From Octopus vulgaris (Eukaryota), in assembly GCA_951406725.2 (NCBI GenBank), contig OX597838.1, forward strand, positions 7,440,001 through 7,504,000: a stretch of 64,000 bases of DNA, given 5' to 3'. The position numbers and the translations under genes were made by a program. This document shows, in pieces, positions 39,602 through 53,222 of this stretch. The first letter of the stretch is position 1, and each line of letters starts with the position of its first letter. Under the pieces are notes generated by a model that was given only the letters and a program-made list of their open reading frames with translations, searched no databases and was not told where the DNA came from.

Positions 39602-42600
39602 ACGTGAGCCACAGCCAGGCTTGCAAGATGCTGAAGAACACTATATTTTGTTGCCTAAAGAAAACTGTGACAACGCAACAGCTTCGTTTTATAAAACAAT
39701 GTGTCTCGTCCAGGATATGTATCAACAAGGTCACAGCCAACGTTAAACGGCTTGACCTCACTAACGGACAAGCGGAAAGACTAAAAAGGACGCTAATGGT
39801 AAATATTAGAAATAGAATATACAGAGAGCTGAGCGAACAAGAGAAGCGTAAACGTATATTTTTAAAAGAAATTAAAAGTATCACCACACGAAAGGAGAAA
39901 ACCTTAATAATGGATATAATATATGAAGAAAACAGACATGTAATACACCAATGCAATATCCATTTTAAGAGGAAGTTATCGTGGTTGAAACAGAAACGTC
40001 AATATGAGCTCGCAAAGGAAGAAAAGCAGAAGTATCCAGATACAATAAATGGAATTATTATGGAAGATGTGCTACTACCAGAAGAGTTCAATAAAGACAA
40101 TGAAGCGAACATCTATGGGGGAGTAACAACGGACCCAGATGAAATATCGATACTTCAACTACCACCAAAGTATGCAGTGTATAGTAAAGTGAATACCATC
40201 AAATGCCTGTCCGAGATTGAAAAGTCGTTCACAAAAATACGTTGGAATTTAAATAGATACTATGACAACAACACTTGCGACAACAACAACAACGCGAAAA
40301 ACACTAACCGCAGCAACAACAACACAAACAATAATGACCGCAACAATAACAACCGTAGCAACAAAAGCAACACGAACCCTAACAGCGGCAACAACAACAA
40401 CAACACGAACCCTAACAGCGACAACAACAATAACAATAGAAAAAATGTATGCATAGACACAAACAATAGATACAAAAACAAAAACACAAACAGAGAGAGA
40501 AAAATCGTATACAACAGCAACAACAACAACAATTATAGGGAGAACCGACACACAAACACACACACAGATAGCCATAGTCACAAAAACACGAATAAAAGTT
40601 GTGTCATAGGGGTCACGATGGAGAATAAAGTTGAATGCAACAGGTTCCTTGGACAGGGAGTCAGCGGACTTGAAACAGATAACAATATTCATAGGAACAA
40701 AAATAACGACCGCAACAAGGGGATTGACAGGGACCAACAGACAGACATAAAACCCAACACTAATATAAACAACACATACACCAGAAACAGGAACAATGAA
40801 TATATCACTAGCGATGATAGTAATAATGGCAATGGTAGGAATAAAGGTAATAACAATAATAGTGGTAGTAGTAGTGGTGATGGTAACAGTAGAAGTAGTA
40901 ATGAGGATAGTAGTGATAGTTGTGGTGGTAATAGGAATACTAGTAGTAGTAGTAGTAGTGGTAATGGTGATAATAATAATAGGAAGGCTGATGTTGGAAA
41001 CAGTAACGATAATGAAGATAACCCTAGAGAGACCATTGACATGTATACCCATCCCTTTGACACTCAATTCTTCAACGTATGCGACAAAACTTACTGCATG
41101 AACCGAATTTATCCAACAACATTACCCTTCAACAAAAGGGTATACATCCCAAGACGTACTAATGACCACATGGAAGCACAGTTCACTATAGCTAGGACCA
41201 AACTTAGACAGATTTTAGGTTTATACATTAAGAGACAGAGACAGAATAAGACAGATGCCCAACAACTAGGGATTAAACCTGCATGTGGCCTACAGAAGCT
41301 CATTCAGCGCACGAGGAACGGAGAGGTGATATGCCTTCCCACGGATAAGTCAGGCAGGATGTCAATAGACAGCTTACCGAACTACATCCAGGCAATGCAA
41401 CCTCATATCGCCAATACAAAAGTAACAACTGTACAGGCGCATGAGGAGAGAGAAAAGGTCCTCAATGCCCACATGATGATGTGGACAATTGTTCTGGGAC
41501 CTCAGAAACGTACTGCAAAGAATTTCCAAGCCTGGAACAATGATATCCCGGCACTGTATGGACTTCGCAAGGACCATAAAGGTTTTACTGACCCTATAGC
41601 AGGACCACCAACAAGACCAGTCTGTGGAGCGAATATCGCTAGCAATTACAGAATCTCCTACTTCCTCTCAATGATCATACGCCCTATAATCAGGATGTCA
41701 CCTGATGTATGTGACAGCACAGAAGATCTCCTAAGCAGGATCAGTGACTGTAACAAAACTTGTGACTTGACAGGATGTATAGTAGGTAGCATGGATGTGG
41801 TATCCCTATACCCATCGATTGACGTAGATTTTGCAGTGGAGAAGTGCGTGGAGATGATCAACGAGAGCCAGGTGGAGTTCTGTAATGTCGACACAGAAGA
41901 ACTGGGCCTCCTACTTAGACTGACATATAATAGTGAATACTTAGATAAACATAATCTTAGTAGTTTCTGCCCCAGTAGATGTTTAAGAGGTAGACCGCCT
42001 ACAATTACTTCTATGGCTAGGAAGACACATATAGAAAGATGGCGCGGATGGACCAGAGCCATACGGAGCCCCGCAAATGTCCATCAGGTAAAGAAAATGA
42101 TCGCACATGCACTAGGAGCTAGTATAAGAGTTACCCTAAAAGGCCACACATTTAAATTTAATAATAAAATATATGCCCAGGACGAGGGGGCAGCCATCGG
42201 TGTTAGTATCGCTGGTGATGTGGCCAACCTCTTCATGGTATGGTGGGACAGAAGGCTTAAAGAATGCCTACTGCAGAAATCCGTACTCGTAAACATGTAC
42301 TCTCGCTATGTTGATGATATCAATATAGTAGTAAAGGCACCCCCACAAGAGAGTACGGTTGATATAGTAATAGAAACTAATACTATGGAGAGCATCCAGC
42401 AAATAGCTAACTCCATCCACCAGAGTATTAAGGTCACAATAGACTACCCCACTAAACACCCCAACCATAGACTACCAGTACTAGACACTGAACTCTGGCT
42501 AGAAATTGTGAAAAATAAAACCCAAATCCTTCATTCATACTATGCAAAACCTATGGCCTCAAAATACCTGATCCACCGGAACTCAGCCATTGCGGGCAAT

Positions 42601-43443
42601 GCCAAATTCAATATTTTGATGGCAGACCTCGTCAGAATAATGAGAAATGTGTCACGCATGTGCGAGCCTACAGAATTAAAGAGACACATACAGTATTTCA
42701 TTCACCGCATGCAGTTCTCAGGTTACAGCCATAAAGAAAGGATCAGAGTATACAAAGGAGCCATGAAGAAATTTGATAATATATTATGTAATGATAGGAA
42801 TGGGATTTGCCCACTCTATAGGAACAAGTCATGGAACACTATAGAAAGGACAAAAAAGAAAATAAGGAAGGCCAACTCTTGGTATGATAGCCATAAATAC
42901 CAGAGTGTCATGTTCGTTGACACCACCCCTGGAGGTGAACTAGCGTACCGCTTTAGAAGGACCCTAGATAAACTTAAACTAAGAATTAAGGTTGTTGAAA
43001 AGCCAGGCAACCCTATCAGATCTATAATTGGTAGAACCTATCCTTTTAGTAGAACTCTCTGTACGGATAACTATTGCACTGTATGTAGATTTAGCCCACA
43101 AACGAACTGTAAAGCCAGAAATGTGGTCTATAGTATAAGATGTATAGAGGGACGATGCAGTAACAAGACAGTAACATACGTAGGGGAAACTGCAAGAAGC
43201 ATTGGTGAGCGGGTGAATGAACATTGGAGACAACTCAAGGAAGGTAAAAGCTCATCGATTCTGTACCAACACGCCGAACAAGAACACGGGGGATCAATCA
43301 ATAACATAGAGATTAAGATATTGTCCACACATAGAACAGATGCAACAATTAGACAAATTACAGAAGCTACACATATAATAGAAAATAAACCTAGCCTGAA
43401 TAGAAAACTAGAATGGAGCAATAGCGCACACCACAACATATGA
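39517..43443 (+). CDS. PLE polyprotein, 1308 aa: basic N-terminus, Asn/Ser-rich low-complexity region, reverse transcriptase, Cys-rich linker, GIY-YIG endonuclease (Neptune/Nematis-like layout)
   Basis: Uninterrupted ORF. PTDKSG (DKG-type motif), [38 protein letters not shown] (42307-42318), LPVLDTEL. Linker [10 protein letters not shown]. Endonuclease [31 protein letters not shown]. Confidence 0.95.
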   Translation: MTIPKYNNICFNTRLHIKNLAQQIFKRTNVSHSQACKMLKNTIFCCLKKTVTTQQLRFIKQCVSSRICINKVTANVKRLDLTNGQAERLKRTLMVNIRNRIYRELSEQEKRKRIFLKEIKSITTRKEKTLIMDIIYEENRHVIHQCNIHFKRKLSWLKQKRQYELAKEEKQKYPDTINGIIMEDVLLPEEFNKDNEANIYGGVTTDPDEISILQLPPKYAVYSKVNTIKCLSEIEKSFTKIRWNLNRYYDNNTCDNNNNAKNTNRSNNNTNNNDRNNNNRSNKSNTNPNSGNNNNNTNPNSDNNNNNRKNVCIDTNNRYKNKNTNRERKIVYNSNNNNNYRENRHTNTHTDSHSHKNTNKSCVIGVTMENKVECNRFLGQGVSGLETDNNIHRNKNNDRNKGIDRDQQTDIKPNTNINNTYTRNRNNEYITSDDSNNGNGRNKGNNNNSGSSSGDGNSRSSNEDSSDSCGGNRNTSSSSSSGNGDNNNRKADVGNSNDNEDNPRETIDMYTHPFDTQFFNVCDKTYCMNRIYPTTLPFNKRVYIPRRTNDHMEAQFTIARTKLRQILGLYIKRQRQNKTDAQQLGIKPACGLQKLIQRTRNGEVICLPTDKSGRMSIDSLPNYIQAMQPHIANTKVTTVQAHEEREKVLNAHMMMWTIVLGPQKRTAKNFQAWNNDIPALYGLRKDHKGFTDPIAGPPTRPVCGANIASNYRISYFLSMIIRPIIRMSPDVCDSTEDLLSRISDCNKTCDLTGCIVGSMDVVSLYPSIDVDFAVEKCVEMINESQVEFCNVDTEELGLLLRLTYNSEYLDKHNLSSFCPSRCLRGRPPTITSMARKTHIERWRGWTRAIRSPANVHQVKKMIAHALGASIRVTLKGHTFKFNNKIYAQDEGAAIGVSIAGDVANLFMVWWDRRLKECLLQKSVLVNMYSRYVDDINIVVKAPPQESTVDIVIETNTMESIQQIANSIHQSIKVTIDYPTKHPNHRLPVLDTELWLEIVKNKTQILHSYYAKPMASKYLIHRNSAIAGNAKFNILMADLVRIMRNVSRMCEPTELKRHIQYFIHRMQFSGYSHKERIRVYKGAMKKFDNILCNDRNGICPLYRNKSWNTIERTKKKIRKANSWYDSHKYQSVMFVDTTPGGELAYRFRRTLDKLKLRIKVVEKPGNPIRSIIGRTYPFSRTLCTDNYCTVCRFSPQTNCKARNVVYSIRCIEGRCSNKTVTYVGETARSIGERVNEHWRQLKEGKSSSILYQHAEQEHGGSINNIEIKILSTHRTDATIRQITEATHIIENKPSLNRKLEWSNSAHHNI

Positions 43444-44184
43444 CAATAGTGGATCCTGCAAACATAATAAATACACAGGTAATTAAAGAAATAGAAATGA
43501 ATATCTATGTGTATGTATATGTGTATATATATGTATATGTATATGTGTATATATGTGTGTATATATGTATATATATATATGTATATGTATGTGTATGTAT
43601 ATATATATATATATATGTATATGTATATTCTTTTTTTTTTTTTTTTTTTTCTCGATTAGATTTATTATTATTATTACTAATATTGTTGTTATACATACAA
43701 GCATATGTAATGATAATAATGGGTGGATGTAAACACATGAACAAAATTAGAACAAAAGCAACAACAACAAAAACAAAATACAAATTACAAGAATGTATAT
43801 AACCAGAAGATACAAATATTACAGACATCCCCCCCACACACTAAATAAACATAGACGCACATAGAGATATAAGCATGCGCAAATGAAGACATACAATAGA
43901 AATACAAAATGGCTGACGGTTAGTAAGGAGAGACACAAGTAAGTGAGAAGAAAACAAAGGACCACTGATGCGGTCACAGGAGTGTGACGAAAGAACTTTG
44001 GCCGAAATAAGATTAAGATTAATGTAAAAAATAAATATCACTGAAGCAAAATAACACCAAATATATAGTGCGTGTGTTTTTATTGGCTAAACTGGCAATA
44101 TGACCATTCCGAAATATAACAATATCTGTTTCAACACACGACTTCACATAAAAAATCTTGCACAACAAATATTTAAACGTACTA
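43444..44184 (+). repeat. Terminal PLE 3'UTR/pLTR with ~60-nt tail
   Basis: Matches 38863-39601 apart from poly-T length. Ends at ...tttaaacgtact, then (TA)n. Confidence 0.9.
43959..44003 (+). ncRNA. Second copy of the pLTR hammerhead-like motif
   Basis: Identical to 39376-39420. Confidence 0.6.
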
Positions 44185-44203
44185 TATATATATATATATA
44201 TAT

Positions 44204-44558
44204 AAGTCAGGGAAGAAAACGGAGAAGATATTTAATTGACAAACATCAGTCAGACATATTTGTTAGTTACAATGATAGGAGTAAATAAATACAAGTCTAC
44301 TCTTACAGTTGTTTCTACTTTGGGAGGTGCAGCGTGATACAATTGACACATCATACAAAAATTATACAAAACTTGAATCCGAGTATGTATAATTTTTGTA
44401 ATACGTGTTGGGGTTGACTTTGGCATGCTGGACTCCAAAGCAGAAAAAACTGTAAGAGCAGAATTGTATTTATATATTTACTCTTATTACTGGAATTAAT
44501 AATTAGATCTTGCTGATGTTTGTCAATTAAGTATCGTCTCCAATTTGTTCCTTGCCTA
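44204..44558. repeat. ~350-bp imperfect palindrome (foldback) directly after the PLE's right (TA)n flank
   Basis: Arms pair: ttaattgacaaacatcag / ctgatgtttgtcaattaa, tcttacagtt / aactgtaaga, tacaaaaattataca / tgtataatttttgta. Centre near 44377. Confidence 0.85.
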
Positions 44559-44934
44559 ATAAATTCATATATGCGTATATATATACAATCAAAATAAGCA
44601 AGAAGGATATCCAAAGGTAGTGTAGTACAATCGTTTCATGCTACAGTTGCAGATATTGCTTCAATGCGAGACTGAACCAAAGTCTACAGAATTTGTAACC
44701 AAGCTTCTTTGTAACTCAGCCCCACCAGCACCAATCCAGAGAGAAGGAGTAAGGGAGAGAGAGAGACACGGAGACAGAGAGAGAGAGACACGGAGACAGA
44801 GAGAGACAGACAGACATATAGACAGAAGGATGATAGAAACATATAATTGAAAACACTCATGTTTTGGGGGAGACAAAAACAAATCGGGGTAAATGAAGTT
44901 GAATTTGTAACGAGTAGCATTTATTTAAAATATG

Positions 44935-45311
44935 TGGAGACAGAATGGCCCGGTGGTTAGTGCAGCGGACTCACGGTCGTGAGATAATTATTTCGATTCC
45001 CAGACCGGGCATTGTTAGTGTTTATTGAGCGAACATATCTAAAGTTCCACGAGGCTTCGGCAGGGGGTGGAGACGAATCATGCTGTTGTCTTTCACCACA
45101 ACTTTCACACTTCCTTCCTGTTTCTGTTCTACCTGTATTTCAAAGGGGTCAGCCTTGTCACACTCTGCGTCACGCTGAATCTCCCCCGAGCACCACGCTA
45201 AGGGTACACGCGTCAGCGGTATACTCAGCCACTTACAAGTTAATTTGACAAGCAGGCTGTTCCGTTGATCGGATCAACTGGAACTCTTGTCGTCCTAACC
45301 GATGGAGTGCC
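44935..45311 (+). mobile_element. tRNA-derived SINE family C/C'
   Basis: tggcccggtggttag...ttcgattcccagaccgggc head. 3' body (tacctgtatttcaaagg, agccttgtcacac, gatggagtgcca) is shared with 20661-20909. Confidence 0.75.
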
Positions 45312-45571
45312 ACGAATTTAGAAGACGTGAAGAACCAAGAAGTATGATCCTTTTATTTCACATGCTTTCGCACTGCCGGAGTGCTCGTCTGCATACTTGT
45401 GGATGCGGAAATTCCAATGTAATACCGACTTTCAAGCAGAACCTCTGCGTAATGGCGAGATTGGAGTTGAAATGGAAAACCCTGAACCAGGATTACCACA
45501 TTTGCACACCACTTGTATGTTTAAGTACATACAATATTATGCCGTCGACAAGGGACTCGACGGGAAATCAC

Positions 45572-45662
<91 letters not shown>

Positions 45663-45804
45663 GTATGTATATATATATGTATGCATACATATACACACCA
45701 CACACACATAGAGAAAATGTTATTAGCAACCCAAACAACATCTCTATTGCTATCATTATCTTACAACTACAATGATTATTACAATTCTCAATTACAATTA
45801 CTGC

Positions 45805-45849
<45 letters not shown>

Positions 45850-46881
45850 CATTATTATTAAAAATAATAAAAATAATAATAATGATAATTTGTTTATCGT
45901 TTATGCTGACGATGTAGGAATAAAAAAGTGAATTGAACGCTAGCGAAATATCAATTTTTCCTCTATAATTGAAACTTCAATTTCTCGAGTTACAACGTTA
46001 ATTTGGCTCACCTCCCAACACAAACACAACCCAACCAACATCGGTGTGCTCATTCACTCTACATAAAGCTCACTCATCGTTTTTCTATGAAATGAAGTCT
46101 CATTGTTTATCACTCACTCTTTCTCTCGCTTTCTCACTCTCGGTCTCTCTCTCTTTGCCTGTCTCTCTCTTTCTCTCTCTCTCTGTCTCTCTCTTTCTCT
46201 CCCTCTCTTTCTCTCTCCCTCTCTTTCTCTCTCTCTCTCTGTCTCTGTCTCTTTCTTTGTCTGTCTCTCTCTTTCTCTCTCGCCCTCCTTTAAAGAGATC
46301 ATCGTGCAACTCATTATATCATTGTAGGCGAATAATGCATGGATATAACATTTGCATTTAGATAGCTTTTTCACTCGCTCTCTCTCCCTGTCTCTCTCAC
46401 ATTATATATATATCTTTCTATTCCTGGAACTCTCTCTCTCCCTCTCCCTCTCTCTCTCTCTCTCTCCTCCTCTCTCTGTCTGTTTCTTTCTCCCACCTTT
46501 GATGTATTAAATATCCGTATTCAATTTCATCTTAAAAATCAGATTTCGCTTTTTTCTTATTTCATTATTTCGTATCCGTCAGAGAAGAAGATTTGTTAAC
46601 CAATTTTTCATCATATCGTATTTTGTTGGTTATTTTGATTCTTGTCTAATATCATTTAGGTTCAGAGTTAGAAAAAAAAATAATAACAAGAACATAAAAT
46701 AAAATAAAATAACAGAAAATTAAATAATAGATCACAAATACAATTATGCCGGTTGTCATTGTTGATGTTGACTACATGAGCCTTTATCGAGCGCAAATTT
46801 AATCAAATCTATTCTTTCCCCGACTGCTGTATCTCCTTCCTTGGCATAGCAACCCGTATTTCGTTATTGTTAACACATCTA

Positions 46882-46932
46882 GGGCCCCGGGTCGAAATGA
46901 TTTGGTAGACGGAAACTGAAAGAAGCCCGTCG

Positions 46933-46964
<32 letters not shown>

Positions 46965-47122
46965 TTTGATCACTTTGACCGACCAGTCCGTCAGGCGTCC
47001 ATTTGACACCGCAGGTCACAACACGCTGTCCACTCCTCTCTGGATCGCGCCTTTCTCATCCACTTGATGCCCGCCCAGCCAGTGGGATGGCGTCATCTTA
47101 TGGCTAAAACAGCACGAAGACC

Positions 47123-47185
<63 letters not shown>

Positions 47186-47392
47186 TGTGTCTGTTTGTTC
47201 CCCCAACATCGCTTGACAACCGGTACTGGTGTGTTTACTTCACCGTAACTTAGTGGTTCGGCAATATAGATCGGTACAATAAGTACTAGGCACCCAATGA
47301 ACAAGTCCTTGGGATCGATGTGCTCGACTAAAGGCAGAGCTCCAGCATGGCCACAGTCAAATGACAGAAACAAGTAAAAGAGTAAAAAGAGT
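46882..47392 (+). mobile_element. SINE family A, 5'-truncated, with a ~160-bp insertion (46961-47122) inside its internal (TA)n
   Basis: gatttggtagacggaaactgaaagaagcccgtcg-(TA)n-[insert]-(TA)n(TG)n-cccccaacatcgcttgacaaccgg...aagtaaaagag. Confidence 0.8.
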
Positions 47393-47789
47393 AGATATGT
47401 AAGACATCATTTTTTATCGATGAATAACGGGGAGAGTGTTTTTGGACCATTTCTTCGTCTATTAAAGAGAAACACAATATTTTCTGTTTTATTCTTTACA
47501 CTTGGCAATAGAAATAAACTTCAGTATTTTGCTATTGTTTCCCGGTTAAGAAACTGCATTTTTTGTTTTTTATAGAACCTCTATTCGTATTACTGTAATT
47601 CACTTACCTGTTGATGAGTTACCTCGCAATGGACCGGTGTCTCGTTCAACGAGAATGTTGTAATCTCTGTCACGTAGGCATTTTGGAAACCGCGTAACCG
47701 TGGCTATGAGTCCTAACGCTCGGGGCAATAATGTCCAGACTTCCAGTAAATTTTTTTTTTAAATTTACTAGTGTCCCGATTACACCGAT

Positions 47790-48199
47790 TTCTTTACTAC
47801 TCACAAGGTGCTAAACAGAGAGGACAAACAAGGACAGACAAACGGATTAAGTCGATTACATTGACACCAGTGCGTAACTGGTACTTACTTTATCGACCCC
47901 GAAAGGATGAAAAGAAAAGTCGACATCGACAGAATTCGAACTCAGAACGTTACGGCAGACGAAATACCTATTTCTTTACTACCCACAAGGGGCTAAACAC
48001 AGAGAGGACAAACAAGGACAGACAAACGGATTAAGTCGATTACATTGACACCAGTGCGTAACTGGTACTTACTTTATCGACTTCGAAAGAATGAAAGGCA
48101 AAGTCGACATCGACAGAATTTGAATTGAGAACGTAACGGCAGACGAAATACGGCTACACATTTCGCCCGGCGTGCTAACGTTTCTGCCAGCTCGCCGCC
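47790..48199 (-). mobile_element. SINE family B with an internal ~180-bp tandem duplication
   Basis: 47790-47968 is repeated at 47969-48147. A single head at 48160-48199. Confidence 0.85.
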
Positions 48200-49475
48200 C
48201 GTCCCGATTTCACTTACACACACATAACATATGTATTTCCCAATGTATAAATTGCACCCTCGCATCAGACATGACCCTACGTGTTTGTGGAAAGAAAATT
48301 AAGATTTCTGAAAACGAATGTACTGTGTTATACATGCATACACTCATAATCATGCAATACGGTCGCATTAGACGCTGAGCAAATTTTTTTTATTACACTT
48401 AGAAATTTAGAAAACGTGTCTTAAACACCGGCATATACGAAATTGATTTAAATTGTTTTCTCTAAAAATAAACTCGTACAGATTTTGTAGAGACAAGTCT
48501 GAAAAAATATCTTTTAAAGCCTGATAGGATTTGAAACTTTAACGTATGTATTTAAATCATCTTCAGATGTCTTAATTATTTAGCTTTCGTATGAACGTAG
48601 AACGCAACACTAATAATGTATCACGTTTAAGTTGATAGAGTATAACACCAAATAATTAGGTCGCAGTTAATTTGTCGCTAATTAGCGACTTCATCAACTA
48701 GATTTTCCATTGAACTGTTATTAGAAAATTTGTTCCGGTGCTAAAGTGTTAACGACGAAAATATGTAATCAACAAGGTTTCAATGTCGTCACTAACAAAT
48801 CTGACAATTAAAAACAACTATAATTATCACGGTTTGATTACATATTTCACTCCTAACAATATGTTAACTTCTTGCCTTCATAACACGGGGATGTCGCGTA
48901 CAGTAGTAGACATAAATCTGCGGCCTTTATACATCGACAATCAGTTTCGATATCCGTTTAATACTATAAATTCTTTCGCTGCTTCTTCTGAATTCGTTCA
49001 TATATTACGAAAGACATCATCTGCCCTCGAACCAACTGGCGTCTTACAGTGAACTCGCTACATCACACAACACGCCTAGGATCTTGGGTGCCCTTACTCT
49101 GAAGGTGGGTTTCAATGGAAACTGTATCACAGAATGTGGCAGCATACAGGTATTGAGGAAGCATTGAAATGTAAGGATTTGAGGGCCACTTCAATTGCAT
49201 GAGGGACCTTCTTTGAAGAAAAATTTCTGCTGTTCGGTTCTTCCTGGAAATTCTGCTATATCAAAGTTCAATCTTATATTTCATATACAACAGGACAATA
49301 GGGTTGACAGAACGCGGAAAATCAATTAAGAAACAAGTAGGGACATGCCAACATGCCCACCACAAGTTACAGGTTCTCAGATTAAACTTAATCTAAAATA
49401 GAACTTCATAAAAAGTGAAATGAGTTTTAAACTGCTTACAGATGCGATCCAACATACATATATAAATTACACCCC

Positions 49476-49533
<58 letters not shown>

Positions 49534-49583
49534 CGTACATACATACATACGTACATACATACATACATACATACATACATACA

Positions 49584-49619
<36 letters not shown>

Positions 49620-49901
49620 TGCATACGTACACACATACAAATATCTGACTACGCACATGCTATTGGCCACTTCTTAGCCTTCTTAGGACTTTTCCCCTTT
49701 CTCCTCTCCAACGAAGAGCTTTGCTCGAAACGTCAAAGCCTCTCTTTTTTCACCAAGCTTCAAACTGACACATCCTTTGCGCGCGTCCTCTTGTTGTCCG
49801 TAAATTTTATTCGTTTCTTTCAATTGATTGTCTACTTCAATTGACTACACACACATATACATATATGCACTCACACCAACAAACAAACACACACGCAAAA
49901 T

Positions 49902-49958
<57 letters not shown>

Positions 49959-50869
49959 TTATTTATTTACTGACAGAGAATCTCCATAGAAGCTGAGAGG
50001 TGACGCACTAACACGTAGCTCCGAGTGCTCCGTATCTTATAGCAGAAAAATATGAATGCTAATGAAGTTCATAGCATAATGTCCGCCTACTTTTGTGGTT
50101 TATTCAATTTCACATTACGTTGTGTACTCACACATCGCTTTATTCTGAACATGTATATCGATTTCTAACACAATTTTATCAGTGTCGCAAAGCCTAAACA
50201 AAACTTGTATATATACATAATATATAATATGTATGTATGTATGTAAGTATGTATGTACATTTTTGTGTCGACCGTCGTAGAGAAGCGTATTCAGTGCCTT
50301 AATAGAGATTAATTTCTTGATTTTGGTCGTTTCAGACTCGTGTAACCCTGAGTCTTAGTTATGTATTCACAGAGTGAACAGACAAATTTTAACTCATAAC
50401 ATGTTATGGGTCATAGATTGTGTATCTATATAATATTATTATAAAAGAAAATAGAATGAACGGGCTTTTAGCCAAATCTCTACAATTGTTTCTTTGCGTA
50501 TAATATTATATATGTTTGTACTCAGAACGTAAGTGACTGTAAGTTTAATGTCACATAAAATATCGACCAATAGAATCTGAAATGGATAATACAATGCCGA
50601 TATCGGGAACTGGAGTCAGAAATAAAAGCAGTGTAGTTAAATACAATATTTTATTTTGTCCGTTTGTTTTAGCCAGGGTACAAGTATACTAAACCGATAG
50701 GGTACTGATGAAGTCGAAGAAACTGCGAGAAATAACAGCCAAATATAGTCAAATCGTTATGCGTTTTAAAATATGAAGGCTTTGTGGGATAATACGTCAG
50801 ATTACTTGAGTGTTATTCTATTAAAGTTGTGTAAGATGTGGAGACGTGCTACATGTTTCGTGTTGCACA

Positions 50870-51400
50870 CGTTACAGCTCTGGCCCCAAAACTGAATGAG
50901 AATAAAACAATTGTGATCCAACGAAAAATCTCCCATAATAGTATATGTCGGTTACAGGTTCTTGGCCTTTTGAGTTCTTGCAGAAAATATGTGACGATAT
51001 TCCATTCATTAATATCTCCTTTCCGGATCGTAACCATACGCAGCATGTTACATTGTCCTTCACCATATCGTAAAAGAAACGCCTCCTAATTGGTTTCACA
51101 CGCTTGTAGCAAATCAAGGGACATTTCCACCCATCTCACCTTCAAATCAAATATCAACTCTCGAGACATCAGTTTTCCAAATATTTTTCTATAAATAAAA
51201 TTTTCCACTTCTCCTTGTTACGTATTATAACACAATCCAGTTACGTAACCAGCTCAAAGATTTTCACTCGACTCTCAAAGCGCATCAGTCCGCCCAGTCC
51301 CTGGGTATTCATGTTTGTGGTTACAACTGGTGGTTTCCCATTGCGCGATTCCACATATATTCTGCTTTTCCCTTTCCTTCATTCTCTTTATCTCTTTTTG
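50870..51400 (-). mobile_element. Highly decayed mariner-type transposase fragment
   Basis: Minus-strand pieces KVRWVEMSLDLL..AFLLR and YGYDPER..MEYRH resemble mariner RVE.C.ELL..FL.RIVTGDE.W.Y.YDPE..SMEWRH. Confidence 0.55.
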
Positions 51401-52662
51401 CACATTGTTCTCATCAACGGTGATATGTCTGTAAACAACGTTCAGATTCCCGTGCACATGGGACAGTCTGCACCCCAGGTTAAGAACTCGATGACTGTAT
51501 GTTTCTTCTCCTTCGAAAAGTAACTGATCTGCACATTGTTGTGCAGCTACTGTTTATACCTCGTTCAGAGATTTATTATCGCTTGTTTACACTTTTTCGA
51601 GGTCAGTGACTTTTCGTCACTGGAAAAAGGATATATGTATTTGCATTGGGACCCCTTCGCATCGAAGACCGGTGATTGTCATGCGTTGACGATGGGCAAA
51701 TACCCAGAAACCCGGTTCCGTGCGTATCACGTCAGGCCGATGATGGGAAGGATGGCTTCCCTTTCCAAATTCTGATAGGGCATAGAAAGTGTGTTAATAT
51801 CCAGCTGGAGAAGATGTTCTCCTGGAGCTAGAAGCTACAGTAGCCTCCACCGTTAGTGGTTAGCCACATTTAAGTGGCAAATATACGTCACATTGTCGTG
51901 CAGCTACAGAGATTTGTTATTGTTTGTTTATACTTTTTCGAGATCAGTGAGAAAATGGACTGGTTGGATGCGAACAATTATTAGCGCAGAAGGAACCAAC
52001 ATAGCACGGTATGTAAAAAATACAACAGAACTGCTATTATCTGTATATATATAAGGCAAGATGTGTATGTGTGTGTGTGTGTGTGTGCGCGCATGTGTGT
52101 GTACGTGATTCTAGTTTATGCACATCCACAAATTAGCACGCATGTCGCTCAAATTTTAGGACATTCGTCAACATCCTATCTGGGTTTTGTCAACTTATTT
52201 TTTTCCCGAGGCACCCGCGGATAGCGCAAAAATTCTATTTTCAGCCATAGCGTTTAGCCATGAAAAATATCTTCTATTGCTTTTTGACGGCGTCTAACAA
52301 AAAAAAAACAAGATACAGAAAAGTAGAAGAGGGGCAGAGAGTTTCACGGGAAAGACAAAGTGAGAGAGTAAGTGACGACATTCATAAAAAAATATCAGCC
52401 ATAGAAACAATTCCTACCATTATCGGCGCATAAGATATGACAAAAAAGATATTCAGACAATACACAGCAAAAACACCAGGACTAATAAGTATATATAACA
52501 TACAGAAAATAGCATCACTAGACACTGCATACATCGTACGTAAAACACTTTCAATACAATAAAAGTAAGAGCATCACAACAAACCACAGCACATACCCAA
52601 GGCAGATAGAGAGCTGCGTTCGGTAGTGCAGTGAAAGCGCGAGATAAAAATTCGACTACTGA

Positions 52663-53222
<560 letters not shown>

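Larger units (their letters stand above)
36471..44184 (+). mobile_element. Penelope-like retroelement (PLE), partial-tandem insertion with inverted 5' pseudo-LTR, inserted into (TA)n
   Basis: RT + C-terminal GIY-YIG ORF. 36959-39601 is repeated almost identically at 41539-44184. 36471-36960 is the reverse complement of ~39058-39540. (TA)n tracts flank both sides (36428-36470, 44184-44204). Confidence 0.95.

Noticed and set aside
39561-43439. Antisense ORFs within the PLE coding region
   Set aside because: Shadows of the sense ORF; no independent evidence.
45325-45515. [10 protein letters not shown] resembling TIR-domain box 1, followed by a GT donor
   Set aside because: In-frame stop just upstream and no further TIR motifs.
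52039-52300. Possible second Helitron 5' end (tctgtatatatataagg + TG repeat)
   Set aside because: No matching 3' hairpin/CTAG terminus identified.
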